A program made the translations under genes and the position numbers. 64,000 nt of DNA from the human T2T-CHM13v2.0 reference genome, Homo sapiens, in the NCBI RefSeq assembly GCF_009914755.1, contig NC_060939.1; one strand, 5' to 3'. Positions 1-12,720 of this stretch are shown here, piece by piece (position 1 is the first letter of the stretch; every line of letters begins with the position of its first letter). The notes beneath the pieces were generated by a model. The model made no database searches. It was not told the origin of the DNA and saw nothing but the letters and a program-made list of their open reading frames with translations.

Positions 1-27
1 TACTTTCAGTGCCTTGAAAGCAAGTGA

Positions 28-32
28 TGTGT

Positions 33-70
<38 letters not shown>
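28..70. repeat. (TG)n microsatellite followed by short (GA)n
   Basis: tgtgtgtgtatgtgtgtg...gtgtgagagaga read directly. Confidence 0.95.
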
Positions 71-3000
71 CCATAGGTATTTAGATATATCTCTTTACAA
101 CTCTATACCCTGTTGTGTGCTGTCCCACATTTTAAATTAATAAATATCAATAAATCAATAAAATACAATGAAAAATGTTGTCACAGGAAGCACCATTCCA
201 TACTTAATTTAACATTATTTCTAGTACTGCTCACTGTTTGATTTTAAATGAATGCATTCCCAGAGGTATAGCAGTGGTGAGGCACCACTGCTTTGGCAGG
301 GCTCAGTGAGGAGGCAGGGAACAATAGACTATATGTGAAGCTGCTGTGGTCAGAGAGTGAGCCCTGCCTGGACTTTGGGCAAAAGATTGGGCCCAATAGG
401 GGATGGGAAAGAAAGTGGGTTTTCCTTTATCTTAAGGAACTTAAGCCACATCCTAGGGGCCCAATCTAAAGGAACCAGCCTCTTTATTCCTTCCAGCATA
501 TTAATGGCTTTAATTTTTCCTTTTCTCTTCCCACCTACAACCTATTTGATGGTGCTCCCATCTGGAAGCCGAGAGACTCCTCTGGAATGCATGAACTATA
601 GAGCCCATTTGTCACCTGGGTGGGGGCCTGTGCCTTTCACAAAAAGAGCAGTTTATCTCCCAAGCATGGTAACTCCAGCCAGCAGGGTACCAGCATGGGC
701 TGCATGGGCCGCTTCAAATGTGAGGCCTGCAGGATTGTCAAGGTTTCCCTGTAGGCCTCCATTTCCAAATCAAAGAAAGAAAATTAGAGATGGGCAGCTG
801 GAAATACTGGAAGTTATAGATTCACTATTTGGGAACTCTTATATGAACTCCAGGTGTGACCTTGACCAGCGAACACAGCAAGTCTCAGCCTAAGTAAATC
901 AGAATGTAGGACTGGTGGGCTAGATCACCCTTACTCCTGGGTCTGGGCCATGCAGAGTGGGCACTTAGGTGGTGAGGTCACTGTTTATACCAGAATACCC
1001 CTTATCGAATCATAAAATCATCATCTTGGCAGTTTTTGACCATGTCAGTCTTAAAGATTAATGTAAAACTCAATGTTAGACTTTGGAGACCATTAAAATA
1101 TCAGTGTTAGAACTCATTTAGTTGTTTAGATATTTTATCCCCTCTACTTTGTATGGTTGTTCTTATGATGGTTTTCGGTCTTTATATCCTAAGTGGAAGT
1201 ATTTTAAAGTTGGACCAAGAAATTCCTTTACTGCTTACATTTTGGGGAGGCCAGGATACGTTTCAGCTGCTGTGGTTTTCTGGCATGTAGCCATGAAGCT
1301 ACATCAGAAGTGCTCTCAAAAGTTTTATCAGCATCTGCATCATCCTAAGAGATTTCAGACCCCATTAAATAATTGAATTTGTTAGTTGATATACCATTGT
1401 GCACAGTCTTGTTCTAGACTCAGCAGAAGATATAAAGTAGAGGAAGCCACACAGATAATCTTTTGGAGCTATAGCAAGTATACAAATAACTAGAATGAAG
1501 TAACTAGTATAAAAGAACTGCAGGGTTCTGTGGAGATCCATCTGGGGAAATGAGGAAAAACTGGGTAGAGAAGGTAGCATTTGAAAAGGGCCTTTGGAGG
1601 ATGAAGTGAATTTTAATAGAGAGCTTTGAAGGGGCCATTCCAGGCAAAGGAAACAGGATGGGCAAAGCATGAGTGTATCTCGGTTTCAGACATTTTCAGA
1701 GCAATGTGAAGCCTCTAGTGCCTGCTGGAACAGAAACCTCTTCAACATTGACCTGGTGGAGTTCAAACAGGCAACATATTCACCACCAGCTGGGCAATCT
1801 CTTAAGACATTCCACTTCTATACAAGGAACCCTGGGAACACCACACTTATCCACATGGATCTTTTTTCTTGAGTGAATTCTCTTGAATGGTCTCCTGTTC
1901 ATGTATAGGGAGGTCCCTCATCCTTGGGAAAGGTGTGACTTTCAATTCTTTAAGAGCCTATTGCAGAAATCAGGAGTCAGCTTTAAACCCTGCTTTAAAG
2001 GTAAACTAAGCGTGCAGGCAGCCAAGAACATTCAGCATACCGACAGAAGACAGGTAGAACCCCACCCCCACCCCCACCTCCACTTCTGCCTCCAATTCTT
2101 TTCCTGGATAATGATTCCATTATTAAATAATCTGCTTTTAAATCACGCTGCTGCAACTCCCAGGAAAGACCTGTGTCAGTGCTGCCCCAGCTCTGTGAAC
2201 TGGGACCAACAAACTTAGGGACAAATTTTCAGACAGTAGAGACCCTGAGGAGGTAGCAGACAGAATGTCCAGCAGGCCTTCAGAAAAATGCAGGGATTCC
2301 ATGGCTTATGTGGGAAAAAGCCAGCCCCTTGCCAGTCAGAAAGGATTGGTGGGACTGCAGCAAGAGGGGAGACAGCGATAATGCAAAGATGGTAGAGAAA
2401 TTTCCCTTAAATGTCAATAATCAAATGGAAGGATGCAAAAACATAAAAATCAGACCCTTAAATTCAGGGACAAAGACAACCTAAGATGAGAGCATTAAGA
2501 TGGGGGTTCAGGTTGGTTTTGCTATTCAATTTCTGTGTTTAAATATTTTTAAATAAAAGGGGTATGTGAGATATTACTGTATAGACCATTTGCTTCTCTA
2601 AACCACAAGGAATTCCTTCTGAGGAATTAATCATCCTTCAGAGTTATTTGGTAGCTAAGGTCAGGATGTGACTTAGCCGGGAGAACCTCCATCACATCCC
2701 TTCACTGTGTAACCTCAGCCAACTCCCCATCCCCTCTCCACTTCAGTGTCTTTTCATCTGCAAAACCGAGGGGGCAGCCCTTGACCAATGGTCTGTGACT
2801 TTAGGAAGTCAGAACCCCAGAAATTACATCCGAAGTTATCTATGCATGTGGAGATGTTTCTTTTCATCCAAAAACAGGAATTCATGACTGCTACATTTTT
2901 CAAAGGGGACCCTGACCCTCAATGATTGTTAAGCTCCCTTGCTTCTGTCCTTTAGAGTTACTTGGCCAGGAGCTGACTGTAGGGAGGGAAGTGTTCACTC

Positions 3001-6000
3001 AGCGGGAGAGTGCTTGCTTGAGGGTGGGGTGGGGTGCTTTCTATGGGGTTCAGCAGGGCTTTGCACCAGCTGTCAGGCAGCCCTTTAACTTCCCTGCCTA
3101 GCCTGATTGTGGGCCTTAACTTGAACGGGGAAGGTGTGGGCTGTGGGCACCCACACAGTTACAATTTGGGCTCAGAGTACGGTAGATCTTTCTATGCATT
3201 TAGAGTGTTTCCAGAAGCTTTCAGTGTCTAAGCTCTATTTAATGGAATCTATGCATAGTAAGTAATCAGGTCAGAAGAAGCAGCATCCCGGTTTGAGATC
3301 AATCGCTGGCTAATACTTTATCTAGGCCACTTTATTATCTCATGCTGATCTGATTCCCATTCTCCCCCTCCTTTGTAGCATGCACTTCGGCTGTGGTAAA
3401 AGTACGTATCACATACATATTAAAAACATATACCCATTCTATCTGTATGTAAATGCGTGAGGCACAGCTGGATATTGCAGAGGAGTTTGATTTACTAATA
3501 GTTATTATCTGTTCTAGCTGTTCAGTGGCAGCGAGAATTTCAGAGAAACAAGCTGGCGAAGAAATTTTCTTTATGCTGTTACTATACTGCTTTAGTAATT
3601 GTTTAAAAACATGGGTTTTCTCCTTAGGTTCTAGTAATGCCTGTTATTTTGTGCATCTCCTTGTACATTCCAGAGTAGGACATCCTTTAAAGGCATTTAG
3701 CATTTCCTCAGGTTTGGTTTTCAATTTAGGCACCTAAAAAGAAACACAGGATGCAGTTTGCAATTGAAATTTGACATTTTGCTTAGACAGCAAGTAAATA
3801 GTGGCATTAGAAATACAACAAGTTGGCATGGGTCCTAGAAGGCGGGGTATCAGTTAAAATCAGAATAGCGCTCTTGGATTTTTTTCCTTCATGTCATCCC
3901 AGCAGCTGCAAACTTGAAGGCATCTCATTTCTCAGCTAAGGCTTTATGTATAAGAGGTGGTAATGTTTGGGGGCTAATAAACACCAAACTGCTCTAGAAA
4001 AATCTGTTTAAACATTTAATTACTTACTAAGAGATGTTAACTTGTTTAACTCCTCTAAATTAAATTGTCACTGGTAGCTTTTCTGCTTTTCCAAACCTGA
4101 TTGTAATTACATTTTCAGATAGTATGGTTGGTTGTTCTCTCAATTAATCAAGGTATATGATAAATTGCACATCTGCGTGGTCCCTTTAAAAATCAGGGTA
4201 ACCATGATGTTAGATTTTTGTCTCTCCAACACTCAAATTCCAGTGTGACTTTGGGCTTCACACCAAATGGCTTTGTTTCATTGTTAGACCCAAATCTTCT
4301 GATCACTGTGAAAGACAAAATGCACTGGACAATTAAGAAGATGATTTTATTTAGGGCTATTGCAGTAGGGAGAGTGTTTATTAATGAGGAATGGCTCAAA
4401 GAAAAGGGAGGGTTCTGAGGTCTTATGAAGGCAGGTAAACAAGGGGGTCACCAGCAAGTCTTAGAGAAGTCACGAGGAAAGATGGAAAAGGATCTTACCT
4501 CTGTGAGAGCAGGGTGATCCTTTGCGGTTAGCAGAAGGGTAGGGGGATTTCTTACCTGTTACTGTTTACTAGAAGCACGGGGCTCAGATCAATTCAAAAT
4601 GATCACCACATTCTACTAAACATGCCAAAGATAAGTTTCGGTTTACTTTGATCCGGGGCTTACCTGTGCCCTGAGCGCAAATATGAAGAAAGGTGCATTT
4701 CCATAGCCCCCTTAGAGAGTGCTCATCCACCCTGTGCTTGCAAAAATCTAAGCTTTTTAAAATACTAATGATGGTTAATAAATTGTGAACTTGGATGTAG
4801 TTCACTACATTTAGGTATTGCCTGTGTCATATAAAGTGTGTTTTAAAATGAACCTTTAGGGCCAGACTCCTAATGTGTCTGGCCACTCATTCTTGTAAAC
4901 ATCATTTTGTTTTCAGTTGTTCATTTGGAAGTAGCTCATTAGCTATGCCGCCCAGAATTTGCAGTGAGAAATACTGGCTGGGATTGTAACTTCAGCTGAG
5001 TATTTCCATCATGCACAAAAGTCATCACAACAGCAAGGGGGCCCCACGTAGGGTCCAGCTGACAACCATGGAATTTTTTTTTAAGTTCTGAAGGCCATTA
5101 AAATCATCTGTTTGTGTCTGCTTATAAAGAGGAACCCACTAGTAAAGAAGTTGATTTTAGCTTTTTAATTGCATATAATTACATCGGCAGAATCACTGTC
5201 TGGATACTTGAGATCGCACTAAATCAGACAGCTTTAATTTGAATTTTTGATGACACATTAGCACTTCAGCAAGAACAGAGAGATTATAACCCTAAGAAAA
5301 CAGGCTTTGTTTTTCCATAGATGTGACCACTTAATCTTTTCACAAGACTTTAGCAGATAAATATGTGTGTGTATGTATATGTCTTTATATGCATGCGCAT
5401 AGCAAGAGAGATATAGATAAAGTCTGTCATTCCTTGATCATGGTGATCTGACAGTTTTAATCTCCCAGTTAAGCATAGCTTTTTTCCTCCATCAGTCAAG
5501 TCAGATCTCTTAGTATGATGATGACTTGCCTGTTTAAGATTGTAGTTATTTGAACTCATGTCTCTAATGCCTCTTTCGTGTTTTATTGGACTGTCATCTT
5601 CCTAGTATCTTGTTTCAAGGCACAGTGAAGCTGTGTAGCATTCATTGAGCACAGGAAGAGTTTGGTTATCTTGGATGCAGTAAAGTGGATCAGTTGGGCT
5701 GCTCTTCAGTGCCGTGCCAGATTTGCGGCAGCGGGAGGCTAAGGTGGGTCTTTAAAGTATGTTACACTTTAGTTCCTCATTGGCCATGACTCAGCTCATT
5801 AGAACTTTCTGTTATTTGGGTGGTGCCCTCAGCCTAAAAGAGCCTCCTCTCCCCTCCCCTGGAAGGTCTTGGTCCTCCTCCCTGCGGCTTTTCCCTACTC
5901 TTCGCCTTTACAGTTGCTTGCTTCCTTCTCTGAAGCCCTTCAGCATGTATTGTGTCTAGGTTGGAACAGCATTTAATTATATATTCATCTTATGGCCACA

Positions 6001-6017
6001 AGTTAGTCCATGTAGTA

Positions 6018-6199
6018 CAGCGGCTCTCAACACTAGCAGCTCATCAGAGTCACCTCAGAGGTTTAAAAGGCTAAAGAAAAAAATGCCTGGATCCTAACCT
6101 AGATCAAAGAAGCTCTGGCCAGGGAGCAGATACTTTTTTTTTTTTAACCTTTAAAGTTCTCTAGGTGATTACAAGGACAGCCAGAGGGGAAACTCACTG
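6018..6199. mobile_element. Degenerate hAT-Charlie (MER5-like) DNA transposon
   Basis: Imperfect terminal inverted repeats cagcggctctcaa...ggaaactcactg; internal catcagagtcacct and aagttctctaggtgatt motifs typical of MER5. Confidence 0.55.
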
Positions 6200-9100
6200 G
6201 TTTAATACCTTTTTTCTTCCACTAGATTGTAAGTTCCTTGAAGGAGGATCATGATCTTATAATTCAGTGCCTATCCTAGTCTGCTGTCATTTAGGCAAAA
6301 CAGTGTTGGTTGCACATGCTATTCTCTCTAATCCAATCCAGTAAAACACTGTGCAGATAAAGTAGACACTAAACAGATAGACAAACAAGACATGTATCTG
6401 GTTCTCCAGGAACTCAGAGTAAAGCTGAAGAAACTAATCCAAGAACAAGCAATCCCTGGACATTACAATATACAGTATAAATTAGGGTGGCCACGCTAGA
6501 ATACATGGCCAGGTAAAAAAGGTTTTTGTTTGACTTCCTGCTAGGAGAGGTCATCTAGGTTAGAAAATTTGGTGCCAAAATAATAAAATTTCTAGGATGT
6601 TCCAATATTTGCAGGGATAATATTCAAAACATTTAACAACCAGTATAGCATGAGGATTACCGTTCAGAACCAACACCAGGGTTTAGCCATCCCACCCTGG
6701 ATGTATGGACAGAGCTAGGAGGTGCTAACCAGGTGGTGATCAGCAGCACATATGATCTTTGGTATGCATTCTGACCACTTGAGAATTTACCTCAAGCAAG
6801 TAACTCCACATCCAGAGGTTATTAGAGAGCCAAAACCTAGAGGAGACCTCCTGGCTAGCACCATCTTTGCCTGTTAGATTGATGACAGGGGACCCGAAGG
6901 TTTTTATCTGTCAGCACATCAGATGCATGCCACCCACTCCCCAGCTCTTGGGAATAATGGATTCAGTTGAAAAAGATCAGAGACATTCAGCCGTTTGTGG
7001 GAGAAATATAAAAGGATCCTAAAGCTAGTCCCTGGGATTTGGGAATTGCTGTTGAAGGTAGCAAAGTTGTTTTCCTGTGAGTACACACCGATAAATAGAT
7101 GCAGTTCTTATCAATTATTAACCAGTCTAACCAGGAATTTTAAGAGCTGGGGAAAATATTAGAAAGCTCCTATTTACAGTTGTGCCAGCTGGATTTGTTT
7201 AATGGGTTGTTTGCTTTTTAATTTGTAGCAGTTTTGAGAGAGACCTTTGGGGATTGTGAGTCTTGTGGTTTCGGATACAGAGTTATTTGGGGGGCCAAAT
7301 CTGCCTGCAGATAATTTGAGGTTCACTTGGCCATTTAGAGACTGCAGAAAGGCAGTAGAGACATTTGGGCCTACCGTCCTCTATTTAATTTTCAAGATTA
7401 GAATTAAACGTTAGGCCTTGGTCTACCGAGAGACATTTGCTGGAGTGTGGACTAGTTTCTTTCCAGTATCGTGGTTTACCGTTTCTCTGTTCTCTTCATA
7501 TAAATGGTCACTGATTCTGAAGTAGGAGAATAGGTACCATTCATTTATTTGTGCAAAAGTTCCCTTGACACAAATGAAAATGGAATTTTCAAATGTAACC
7601 CGATTAACTCTTAATTGTTAGCCTGTGTGTGTCTTAGCTTCCTCAGAAGGCTTCTGAATGGCCTGCATCTCTTTCTAAATTTGAGGGGGAGGGGGATTCA
7701 ATTAATAGCAGGACTTTCTAATTGTGGGATTGGTGTGGCATTGACAAAAATTTGTATAAATAGGGTACATTTTTTCCACTTAAGAGGGCTGTGCTGAAAC
7801 ATTTTTAATTGGATTTTCATGGTGATTGACAGCATTTGATTATGACAGTAACTTTATTTGGCTGGACTGCTTTAGCCTCTTGTTCAGATTTTTCCATCAA
7901 AGCTCTTTTTTAATCCTCTGAATCCCCAGTGGAGCAGCAGTCATTGTGGAAGAGCCTTTTAGCACCTTTGTTGTAGCCATCCCTGGTGATGATTGGGCCC
8001 AGCTGGTAGTAGATAAGAAAATGTTCCTTTCACAAAGAGGCAGTGTCTCCCGCCTCTGCGGTTTCAATAATTTTAAGAGCCCCCAAAACCTGTTGAGGAT
8101 TAGAAGTAGCTTTAGATGTGAAATGAGTGTTAAGTATTAGTAATCGGGAGATTAGGGCCCCAGGGACAATGAGAGATAAACAACTGCAATTAAGGCAAAT
8201 CTGCCGATGTAAACAAAATTTAGCAGAAACAGATGCCCTAACCATTTTGGGGGATTGATTTGAGGGCACCGAGGAATCGATTTTTGTCTTGTTTACACTT
8301 TCAAACCCCTGTGATATACTGGAAGGCTAAATATTTCATACAGCCTGATTTTAGTTAATTTTTTTTTCAGCGCCTCACAGTAGGCGCCTCTCTTCTCACA
8401 GTGACCAGGCCTGAGTTTATTCAGCATTCACAGGGAGCAGCTAATTGTCTATGAAGGGCCCCCGTGTTTAAACGGGCTTGACAGGAATTTAAATTTTGTT
8501 TCAATCAACCCCTGTGCTCACAGCCTGCTCCAGTTTCTAATTTTTAAATTAAACATGACTTTTTTTTTAAGCCACAGCTTTGCCTCTGGAATACTCTCGC
8601 TCTAACTCTGGGGAAGGCAGATCGGCAACCCTGGAATGCTGGTTTATGCAGGGCCTGTGGCACCAGCTCTGGACTGGAAAGTCCCTTCTCCAAAACAAGC
8701 TTTCCTCCCGTCAGGGAGGTCAGCAGAGCTTCGGCTGGGCGCTGTCTCCTTCCTGCCTTCAGAAACGGCCCCCTTTTCAGCTCTCCTGTGCAGGCAGCAG
8801 TGCTGCATCATCTGGAAAGTGGGTTAAGCACCGAAGGAAGGTGTAAGGATGGCTTTTAGGGGACTGGCTGAATTATAACCCACTGCACGTCTGGTGCAGA
8901 TTTGTATTGCAGAAGCCTTTTCTACTGTTGTGAGACATGGAGAGAAGCCGATGTGGGAATCACAGATGTGCATTTCAGTCTGCACTCGCCATTTTTATGT
9001 CTTAGCATCTGCTCTGTGCCCAGCATCCTGCCTGACACCGAGGAGGCAGCATGTCAGCCCCAAGTCCTGACCCCCCAGCCAGCTCACAGTCCAGTGAGGA

Positions 9101-9249
9101 AGGTGAGGGTAGACACAGCCAAGCACAGGATAGAATGTGAGAATTGCCAGAGACCCCCGCTCACCTTCTCCTCCCACCCTCACCTACCCCTTCACCTCAG
9201 GCCACTCCTGTGGAGTCCTATGCTCCAAACTTCTGGCAGTCCCCAGATG

Positions 9250-9610
9250 CGTGAGGCATCCTCACACAGTCATGTCTTTGCTTGTGCTGTTTTCTCACCG
9301 CCAGATGGTGAACTTCTCCACCTCCGAAACCCAACTGGCACAACCTCTGTGAAGCTTTGCTAAGCGTGCTTCAGTTGGGTTGAGGACTTCCTTTTGCCTG
9401 TCACCCTTCACCCTGGCTAATACTTCTGTTAGTGCACTCGTCACGCTTTGTGGCAGTAACTTGTGGTAACAGTCAATAAAAGAGACCACAACCCCTCGAG
9501 GAAGAGATCATGTCTTATCTTTGTATCCTTAGCATCTAGCCCAGTCTCCAGCCTGAGTAGAATGCTCAAATATATGGTCATTGAATTTAAATGATATGAA
9601 TTTAACAAGT
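9250..9610 (+). mobile_element. L2 LINE 3' fragment
   Basis: L2 3'-end-like text: atctttgtatccttagcatctagcccagt...tagaatgctcaaatatatgg...gaat. Confidence 0.5.
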
Positions 9611-9984
9611 GAAATGAATTTCTGCTAGGGGTATCTGGGGAGGCTTTGAGAATGGAGTGACAGGTGAGCTGGGACCCACGGACATTTGGGTATTTATGTG
9701 AGTATATTACTTTTCTGCACACAGATGTGAAAGGCAGCTTATATCATAAGTAAAAGTACCAGAGCCTCTAATAGCCACACTAGCCAGTATTCATACTACA
9801 ATTTATTTTCTCTAAACAAACTTGAAGAGATTGAAGTAACAATTGCACCTAACTTGGGGCTGAAGATGAATCCAGAAAGGATCCTGTTTTATAATCTTTA
9901 AAAAATTGATTTATTATATAGAGAGAAATGGATCTAAACATAAAACATTTTAAACACTTAAGTTAGAGCATTCTTTCATCTAAG

Positions 9985-10100
9985 TTATCTCATTTGACCT
10001 TCACATGAACACTATAAGGATTATTCTTATTCCCATTTTACTGATGCATAAACTGGGTCTCAGAGAGGTTAATTTCCTTGCCTAGAGTCACACAGCCAGG
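9985..10100 (-). mobile_element. MIR SINE fragment
   Basis: Reverse MIR core: cccattttactgatgcataaactgggtctcagagaggttaa...cctagagtcacacagc. Confidence 0.7.
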
Positions 10101-10803
10101 AAAAACACAGGACTGTCCTACTGCACAACATCAAAGCTACACCCGTTGTTGCATAGTAGGCAGAGGATTGTTATTGTGGTTTAGAGAATTTCCGCTAAGT
10201 CAAACTATTTCTTGCAGTTAGAAAAATAAAGCTAAATACAAATACAGGACCACACAAACAAACTTGTAGGATTTCAGCAGAGTGTGCTTGTGAAGCCAAT
10301 GCCCCTGTAGGATGCTTTGCTCAACTCCCTCCCTATGGTCCCTTCCACCTTGATGCCACAGGCTGCATCTGCAGGGCCGTGGTCGAGGCAGAGAGCAGAT
10401 GGCTGCACACACTCTCCACCCATCCCCAGGTGGCAGGGTGGCCTGGTTGAAGCCTGAGCCTCAGTAGAGACAAAACACAAAAGAGGAAGTAATTACCAAC
10501 AGTTTGCACCTGGTCTGTTAGTTGGTCATCTGAGGGGAAGCTGTGAGAATTTATGTAATCATTGTTTCTTTGGTTTTGGCAAAAACTGAGGGCAGAGTGT
10601 GTCCTGACAGCTGTCTGGTCACAAACCTTTCTGCCTTTCCACTTCTGCCATCATGGGTATAGAAATGGGCAACTTCCAAGAGATGATGTTCCTCAAGTTT
10701 GGGAGAAATTACCTTTAACTCAACAAACTTTTTACTGAGCACATTCGTGTTTAGCTGAACTCGGAGTATGGGCTGTGCACCAGTGGTAGTATCTGAACTG
10801 TTT

Positions 10804-11117
<314 letters not shown>

Positions 11118-11744
11118 TAAACACAGGAAGATAAGGAATTTGTGCCAGGATATAAATCAAGCCTGTCTGAAAGCATTCTGTTTAGTTCAGTTCAGCTTTT
11201 TGGAGCAAAACGTTGTGAGCGAAGAAAGCTGTTTGCGGTTCACATTGCAGCATGGCTACTTGTATCATTGCAGGCCAGCAGCAAGCAGTTCACAGGACGA
11301 CTACTTGAGTGGCACAGCTGTAGGGAATACAGAGGGCTATCAGACACTAATCCAGCAAACACAAATCCATCATACATGCAAACAAAGTAGTCAGGTCACA
11401 CAAACAGGAAGCCAAACAATCGGGGTCCATCTTGAAGGGAGAGGGGAAACAGCAAGGAGAAGACAACCCACAGATGTCCACACCAACACAGGTGCTGGAG
11501 GTGTGGAGGCAGCAGGGGACCTGGCATGGAGCCATGACCTCGCTCATCCTATGACCTTGATGGAAGGAGGGGAAAGGTAGAAGGGTTTGTGATCTGACAA
11601 CTGGCAGGATGTGTTGTGCGTAAAGCCTGGAGAGGCTAAGGATGGTCTTTCAAAGCTTGCAAATCAGTCTATCGTGTGAATGTGAGCCAAGAAGCAACCT
11701 GGGAAACTGGAAAGAGATTGAATTGGATGTCAGAAAATATAGCT

Positions 11745-11855
11745 TCAAGTACAGGCACTACCTCTAGGAAACTGGGCAGGCAACAGCTGTTTACTTAGCC
11801 CATCTGAGCCTGAGCTGCTTCATCTGTAAAATGGGGTAATGATACCAACTTCACA
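11745..11855 (+). mobile_element. MIR fragment
   Basis: tctgagcctgagctgcttcatctgtaaaatggggtaatgatacc resembles the MIR core. Confidence 0.65.
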
Positions 11856-12574
11856 GGGGGCTTTTAGCTGTTAGGTTGTTTTTTTTTTTTTTAACTTACA
11901 GAAGATGGAGGTTATGAAAGTGTTTGTAAACTATGAAGTGCGAGACATACATGGGGCACGAGGTCATTCAGCCTCTTTGGGTCATGATTTTCTCATCTGT
12001 CTGATGTTCCTGGGTATTTCCAGCTTGTTGCCTCTTGGAAGATACATGTGTTTAGGGAAGTTTAATGTGACTTAGAATAAATTATATGTATGTCGGATGT
12101 TTGCAATTGGTGTACACTGAATTGGTAGTCTCTTGGGGTGGTCTCTGTGGTTGAAAATCCAAACAAGATGAAGCACATTCCTCCCCACTCACTGGAAGCC
12201 ATAACTTTTCATGTCTGTCCTTTATTATTGGTAAAATGTAATGAGCATCTTGTTGGAGGGAATTATTGTAAACCAGTTAATCAACAAGTATTTGTTGTCC
12301 AGGTCTGTGAGGTGCCATGATGGGTTCAGAAAGAATATAAGAAAGACTATGTCTCAGGAGCAGACTAGACATGCCCATTGGCAACATTTAGAGAAGGTAG
12401 ATGAGTGCCAAGCTGCTGGCTTGGGTGGTGCGGGAGCTCGGAACAGTGGCCGAGGGGCCGTAGTAGTCAGTGAGGATGCCTGGCTCGGGCCTGAGTACAG
12501 AACTTGGAAAGTGGTGGTACAACAGAAAGCCAGCTTCTCCCCTCCCTCTCCCTTCCTCTCCTAGCTGTCCATCC

Positions 12575-12720
12575 TGCAACATGTTACTGAACGCTCTCCA
12601 CCTCTAGTTCCTTATCTACAAAAATAGAGTATCGCAAAGCATGAAATTTAAGTGAGATAAAAATGTTAGACACTTAGCACAGTGTCTGGCATAAAATAAG
12701 TGTTCAATAAATGGTAACCA
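12575..12720 (+). mobile_element. MIR fragment (3' part)
   Basis: aagtgagataa...cacttagcacagtgtctggcataaaataagtgttcaataaatgg. Confidence 0.65.
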
